From the NCBI GenBank assembly GCA_964492425.1, contig CAZBKB010000005.1, forward strand, positions 12,468-76,467: a DNA stretch of 64,000 nucleotides. The letters are read 5' to 3'. The DNA comes from an uncultured Gammaproteobacteria bacterium (lineage in GTDB: Bacteria; Patescibacteriota; Microgenomatia; Curtissbacterales; GWA2-41-24). The translations under genes and the position numbers were made by a program. Positions 60,104-64,000 of this stretch are shown one piece after another. Positions within the stretch are counted from its first letter, which is position 1. Every line of letters starts with the position of its first letter. The notes below the pieces were generated by a model. The model was not told the DNA's origin and made no database searches. It saw only the letters and a program-made list of their open reading frames with translations.

Positions 60104-61195
60104 ATGAAGAAGAAGTTCACATTCATTGATTTATTCGCCGGAATAGGAGGGACTAGAATTGCATTTGAAGGTGCTGGAGGTGAATGTGTATTTACTTCAG
60201 AGTGGGATAAGTATTGTCAATTTACATATCTGGCAAATTTTAAGGAGAAACCACATGGTGATATTAGAGTAATTGATGAAAAAAACATTCCAGACCATGA
60301 CCTGCTCTTAGCAGGGTTTCCATGTCAGCCATTTTCAATAGCAGGCGTTTCTAAAAATAAAAGCTTGGGCAGAGCCCACGGTTTCAAACATGTTAAGCAG
60401 GGAAATCTTTTTTTTGACATTGCAAGGATAATTCTTGAAAAAAGACCAAAAGCATTTTTACTCGAGAATGTAAAAAATCTTAAAACTCATGACAAAGGTA
60501 ACACATTTAAGGTTATAAGTGAGACATTGGATAGCCTTGGGTATGAGACTTTTGTTGAAGTATTGGACGCGAAATCTTATGTACCGCAACACAGGGAAAG
60601 AATTTTTATTGTGGGATTCCGAAAGGAAATAAGTAAAAGTATTAAATTCAATTTTCCAAAATCTCATAAACGAAATAAAAACTTAAAAGATATACTCGAA
60701 AAAACCGTTGATAGTAAATATACCCTGTCGGATAAGCTCTGGAATTATTTACAAAATTATGCAAAAAAACACAAAGAAAAAGGTAACGGATTTGGTTTTG
60801 GTTTAATTGACCCCGAAACGGATGATATTACTCGAACGCTAAGTGCTAGGTACTACAAGGATGGTTCGGAAATTTTAATTAGGCAGAAAAATAAGAACCC
60901 ACGAAGGCTTACACCTCGAGAGTGTGCACGATTAATGGGATTTGACGACAGCTTTAAAATAGCAGTTTCGGACACGCAGGCATACAAGCAATTCGGCAAT
61001 GCTCTTTGTGTGCCTTTGGTAAGTTCTATAGCAAAAGAAATGATTAAAGGTTTAAACTCTTATGGAATTATAAAAAATTATGGACAAACTGACGACTCAA
61101 GAAAGAAGCTGGAATATGTCCAGAATCAAATCAAGAAATACAAAGCCAGAGATGAAGCTGAGAAGATTTCTCCACAAGTCAGGCTACCGATATAG
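60104..61195 (+). CDS. dcm: DNA cytosine-5 methyltransferase, Dcm/M.EcoRII-like
   Basis: [42 protein letters not shown]. Confidence 0.92.
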   Translation: MKKKFTFIDLFAGIGGTRIAFEGAGGECVFTSEWDKYCQFTYLANFKEKPHGDIRVIDEKNIPDHDLLLAGFPCQPFSIAGVSKNKSLGRAHGFKHVKQGNLFFDIARIILEKRPKAFLLENVKNLKTHDKGNTFKVISETLDSLGYETFVEVLDAKSYVPQHRERIFIVGFRKEISKSIKFNFPKSHKRNKNLKDILEKTVDSKYTLSDKLWNYLQNYAKKHKEKGNGFGFGLIDPETDDITRTLSARYYKDGSEILIRQKNKNPRRLTPRECARLMGFDDSFKIAVSDTQAYKQFGNALCVPLVSSIAKEMIKGLNSYGIIKNYGQTDDSRKKLEYVQNQIKKYKARDEAEKISPQVRLPI

Positions 61196-61487
61196 AATAC
61201 ATTACCCCATTACTGGTAGGCCAGATATCGCCTTTCCATCAAAACAAATAGCTCTATTCATTCATGGTTGTTTTTGGCATCAGCATGGTTGCAAAAACTC
61301 AGTGATTCCCAAAACCAATACAGATTTCTGGATGCATAAATTACAATCAAATGTTGAACGAGACTCAAAAGTTACGAAACTGTTAAAAAAAGACGGTTGG
61401 ACTGCTTATACCTTATGGGAGTGCGAACTTGAGGAACGATTTGAACATGAAGCAGGAAGGTTGGTGAAAAAATTACACAATCGATAA
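61080..61487 (+). CDS. vsr: Very-short-patch repair endonuclease
   Basis: RS.NMSRIKS.NTKPE, G.PD, HGCFWH.H, WECE. Confidence 0.95.
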   Translation: MDKLTTQERSWNMSRIKSRNTKPEMKLRRFLHKSGYRYRIHYPITGRPDIAFPSKQIALFIHGCFWHQHGCKNSVIPKTNTDFWMHKLQSNVERDSKVTKLLKKDGWTAYTLWECELEERFEHEAGRLVKKLHNR

Positions 61488-61530
61488 AATGGGCATTCTT
61501 TTTTACCCTGTAGTATAATTTTCACGCCTA

Positions 61531-63006
61531 ATGACGATAACAAAATCTGAATACTTATTATTTCTTAAACATCCAGCTTGGCTGTGGCTTAAAAAACATG
61601 CCAAAGACAAATTACCAGCAACATCTGCAGAACTGCAAAGACTTTTTGATTTGGGACATGTTTTCGAGACATACGCTGAAAAACTTTTTCCCAATGCAAT
61701 AAAGTTAGGTTTTCGAGAATATCAGGAGTATTTGGACCTTCCCACCAAGACAGTTGAACTTCTGAATAATGGCGTAAAAACTATTCTGCAAGGAAGAATT
61801 GAAATCAATAATCTAACATGTATTTTCGATTGTTTAGACAAAGTTGGTAAGGATGAATTTGACTTGATAGAAATTAAGGGAAGCACTTCAGCGAAACCCG
61901 AGCATCATTTAGACCTCGCATTTCAGCTTCTTGTTATAGAGTCTGCCGGTTACAAGGTAAGGAACATTAAAATAATCCATGTAAACAATGCTTTTATAAG
62001 GAATGGTGAAATATCTCCTGATGAAATAACTACTGTTACCGATGCTACCAAAGAAGTGCGTGCCTTGGAAGAATTTACAAAGACAAGCATTAAAAAGGCA
62101 TTTGAGATAATCAATTCTGACATCATGCCAAGTTTATCGCCTCGACACGCCTCAACAGGTGCACTAAAAGAATGGATAGAAATTCATTCATACATAAACG
62201 GGGGGTTGCCAAGTCACCATGTTTATAATATTTCATCCCCAAACCCCGCCGCATTAGGTGAGCTTGAAGACCTGCATATAGAAAAGATTGAAGATATTCC
62301 AGATGATTTCAACCTTAGTGCAAAGCAAAGATGGCAAGTAATTGCAAATAAGAGTGGGAGGCAAACAGATAAGAAGAAAATTAAGGAGTTTATAAAATCA
62401 ATTGAATATCCGCTTTACTTCTTAGATTACGAAACTTTAGCAGGAGTAATTCCACCGTTCGATGGATTAAAACCATATGAGCAATTACCGTTTCAGTATT
62501 CTCTGCACATTTTAAAAAAAAGAGATTCAAAGCTGGAGCACGAGGAATATTTGCATACCGATAGCACTAACCCTTTGCCTCAACTTTTGAAACAATTAAA
62601 AAATGATATTGGAACAAAAGGAACAGTCTTAGTGTGGAACGAATCTTTTGAAAAAAGATGCAATGACTTGATGGCTATGCTTGCTCCAGAATATGCTGAC
62701 TTTTTAAAATCAGTTAATGCAAGAATTATTGACTTAATGAAGCCATTTGCTAAAGGATGGTTTGTAGACAAAGAATTTAGGGGGAGCTCATCTATTAAAA
62801 AAGTTTTACCAGCCTTGGTTAACAAATTATCTTACAAGGAGTTGTCAATTAGTGAAGGAGGCTTAGCTCAATCCATATGGATGGATACTTTTTTAAATGG
62901 GGAGAACACACAACAGAAAGAAAAAATTGCGAGTGACCTTCGGGAGTATTGTAAGACTGATACTCTCGCAATGTTTGAAATCTACAAACTGCTTAAAAAT
63001 TTTTAA
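61531..63006 (+). CDS. DUF2779-like protein (PD-(D/E)XK domain plus exonuclease-like domain)
   Basis: D.L......LIEIK, DLAFQ, LDYET, PFQYSLH, SIKKVLP, YC..DT. Confidence 0.75.
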   Translation: MTITKSEYLLFLKHPAWLWLKKHAKDKLPATSAELQRLFDLGHVFETYAEKLFPNAIKLGFREYQEYLDLPTKTVELLNNGVKTILQGRIEINNLTCIFDCLDKVGKDEFDLIEIKGSTSAKPEHHLDLAFQLLVIESAGYKVRNIKIIHVNNAFIRNGEISPDEITTVTDATKEVRALEEFTKTSIKKAFEIINSDIMPSLSPRHASTGALKEWIEIHSYINGGLPSHHVYNISSPNPAALGELEDLHIEKIEDIPDDFNLSAKQRWQVIANKSGRQTDKKKIKEFIKSIEYPLYFLDYETLAGVIPPFDGLKPYEQLPFQYSLHILKKRDSKLEHEEYLHTDSTNPLPQLLKQLKNDIGTKGTVLVWNESFEKRCNDLMAMLAPEYADFLKSVNARIIDLMKPFAKGWFVDKEFRGSSSIKKVLPALVNKLSYKELSISEGGLAQSIWMDTFLNGENTQQKEKIASDLREYCKTDTLAMFEIYKLLKNF

Positions 63007-63823
63007 ACCAGTCCTCGTCAATCGTTACTACTTCTTCTGTTCTCACAAAGATACCTAAACCAAGCTCCTTCATTTTCTCGACCAGCTGCTCTCCATCAAC
63101 CAAGTCAATAGGGGTTGAACCATCTCTCGATGCTTCAAGTTTAGCGTCCCTTGTGAATGAGCCTGTTGTAATTAGCAAACCTTTATCAGCTCTACCCACC
63201 ATTGTTCCTTTAAATTCTCTTATTTGTTGAGAGGTAACAGTTCCTTGGTATCTCTTACACTGAAAGATTACTTTGAAGCTAAGAAAACCTCCAATTCTTA
63301 CAATGCCAGTCCCGTCAATTCCACCATCACCTGATTTTCCTGTCACCTTAACTTGAATGAAACCAGCTTCCCTCAAAACTCTCTGGCAAAGCCGTTCAAA
63401 TTCTGAAGGGTCAAGGGACTTTAAAATCTCTAAGAGCTCATCTTGCCAATCAGGTTGTTTTGTGTCTGATTTTCCAGTTTCTTGTACTTCATCATCAACT
63501 TCTGTTTTGTCAATATTTTTGACTGTTTTATTAACCTCATCCTTGTCAACAGATTTCGTTTCTACACCCTTGCTAGTTAAAGACCAGACACCTCTCGAAG
63601 AATTTTCAAGTAGACCAAATCTTTTTAGATAATTCCTCGCCCATGCAAGCCTGTAGCTAAGTTTAGTTCTATTGCCTCTATGAATCTCACTAATTTCTGC
63701 ATCACTAAGTTTTAAGATTTCTGCAACTTTTTCCTCAAGTTCAGAAACAGAAGCAGAGTTACCAAGTTCGTGTAACGCCTCAAGTAAAGGATTAAATAAA
63801 CCATCATATTTAGGTACAGTCAT
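62993..63823 (-). CDS. mrr: Mrr-family type IV restriction endonuclease
   Basis: N-terminal R..WAR.YL...GLL...RG.W; FE.L, DGGIDG, QCKRY, ITT..FT. Confidence 0.92.
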   Translation of the reverse strand: MTVPKYDGLFNPLLEALHELGNSASVSELEEKVAEILKLSDAEISEIHRGNRTKLSYRLAWARNYLKRFGLLENSSRGVWSLTSKGVETKSVDKDEVNKTVKNIDKTEVDDEVQETGKSDTKQPDWQDELLEILKSLDPSEFERLCQRVLREAGFIQVKVTGKSGDGGIDGTGIVRIGGFLSFKVIFQCKRYQGTVTSQQIREFKGTMVGRADKGLLITTGSFTRDAKLEASRDGSTPIDLVDGEQLVEKMKELGLGIFVRTEEVVTIDEDWFKNF

Positions 63824-64000
63824 AATATTATTTTACAATAAATATCCCTTCAGTGTGTTCTAAATAATTTATTTTATAGCAGAGTTTGGGTTTAAAAAAT
63901 TATAATAAGGTTACATGAAACCTACTGAAGTGATGAGCACACTCGCAAACCCTTGGAAAAAATACAATGAGTTTTTTGACAAAGGCTGTAGGAATATTTG

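Larger units (their letters stand above)
57472..64000. mobile_element. Probable integrative defence island after ftsZ, right end outside window
   Basis: Integrase, small DNA-binding gene and clustered restriction genes follow a core operon; no att pair visible. Confidence 0.6.

Noticed and set aside
63915-64000. ORF start MKPTEVMSTL after TATAAT
   Set aside because: Cut by the window edge and too short to assign

Overview
AT-rich bacterial chromosome segment. Tightly overlapping genes, few SD sites, many GT-C enzymes, DUF4012, an alpha2-type GlyRS and N-terminally short MurE/MurF suggest Patescibacteria/CPR, probably Microgenomates (inference, no database search). Order: (1) 1-23.2 kb surface-glycan cluster; (2) 23.3-28.4 kb accessory cassette array; (3) GT4-manC-sugar transferase-DUF4012-recO-hypothetical-glyQS-purF; (4) 37.7-57.3 kb dcw cluster from mraZ to ftsZ, with a GlmU(N)-MurC fusion, an Asp-type MurA and alr; (5) from 57.4 kb a tyrosine-integrase-bordered defence island (EcoRII-like REase, Dcm, Vsr, DUF2779-like nuclease, Mrr). 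The main find is region 2. Four cassettes are stacked against the 5' end of the GT4 gene at 28348. Each junction has a -10 box, an orphan copy of that gene's first 8-10 codons (MxxxLVHDD), a TCAATCTCGAAGG core and divergent promoters. Two cassettes have near-identical 114-bp and 77-bp ends but unrelated cargo. Cargo includes a lone IspG, unknown proteins and two TA modules. This looks like an integron-like cassette-accretion system targeting a glycosyltransferase 5' end; the mechanism is inferred, not shown.
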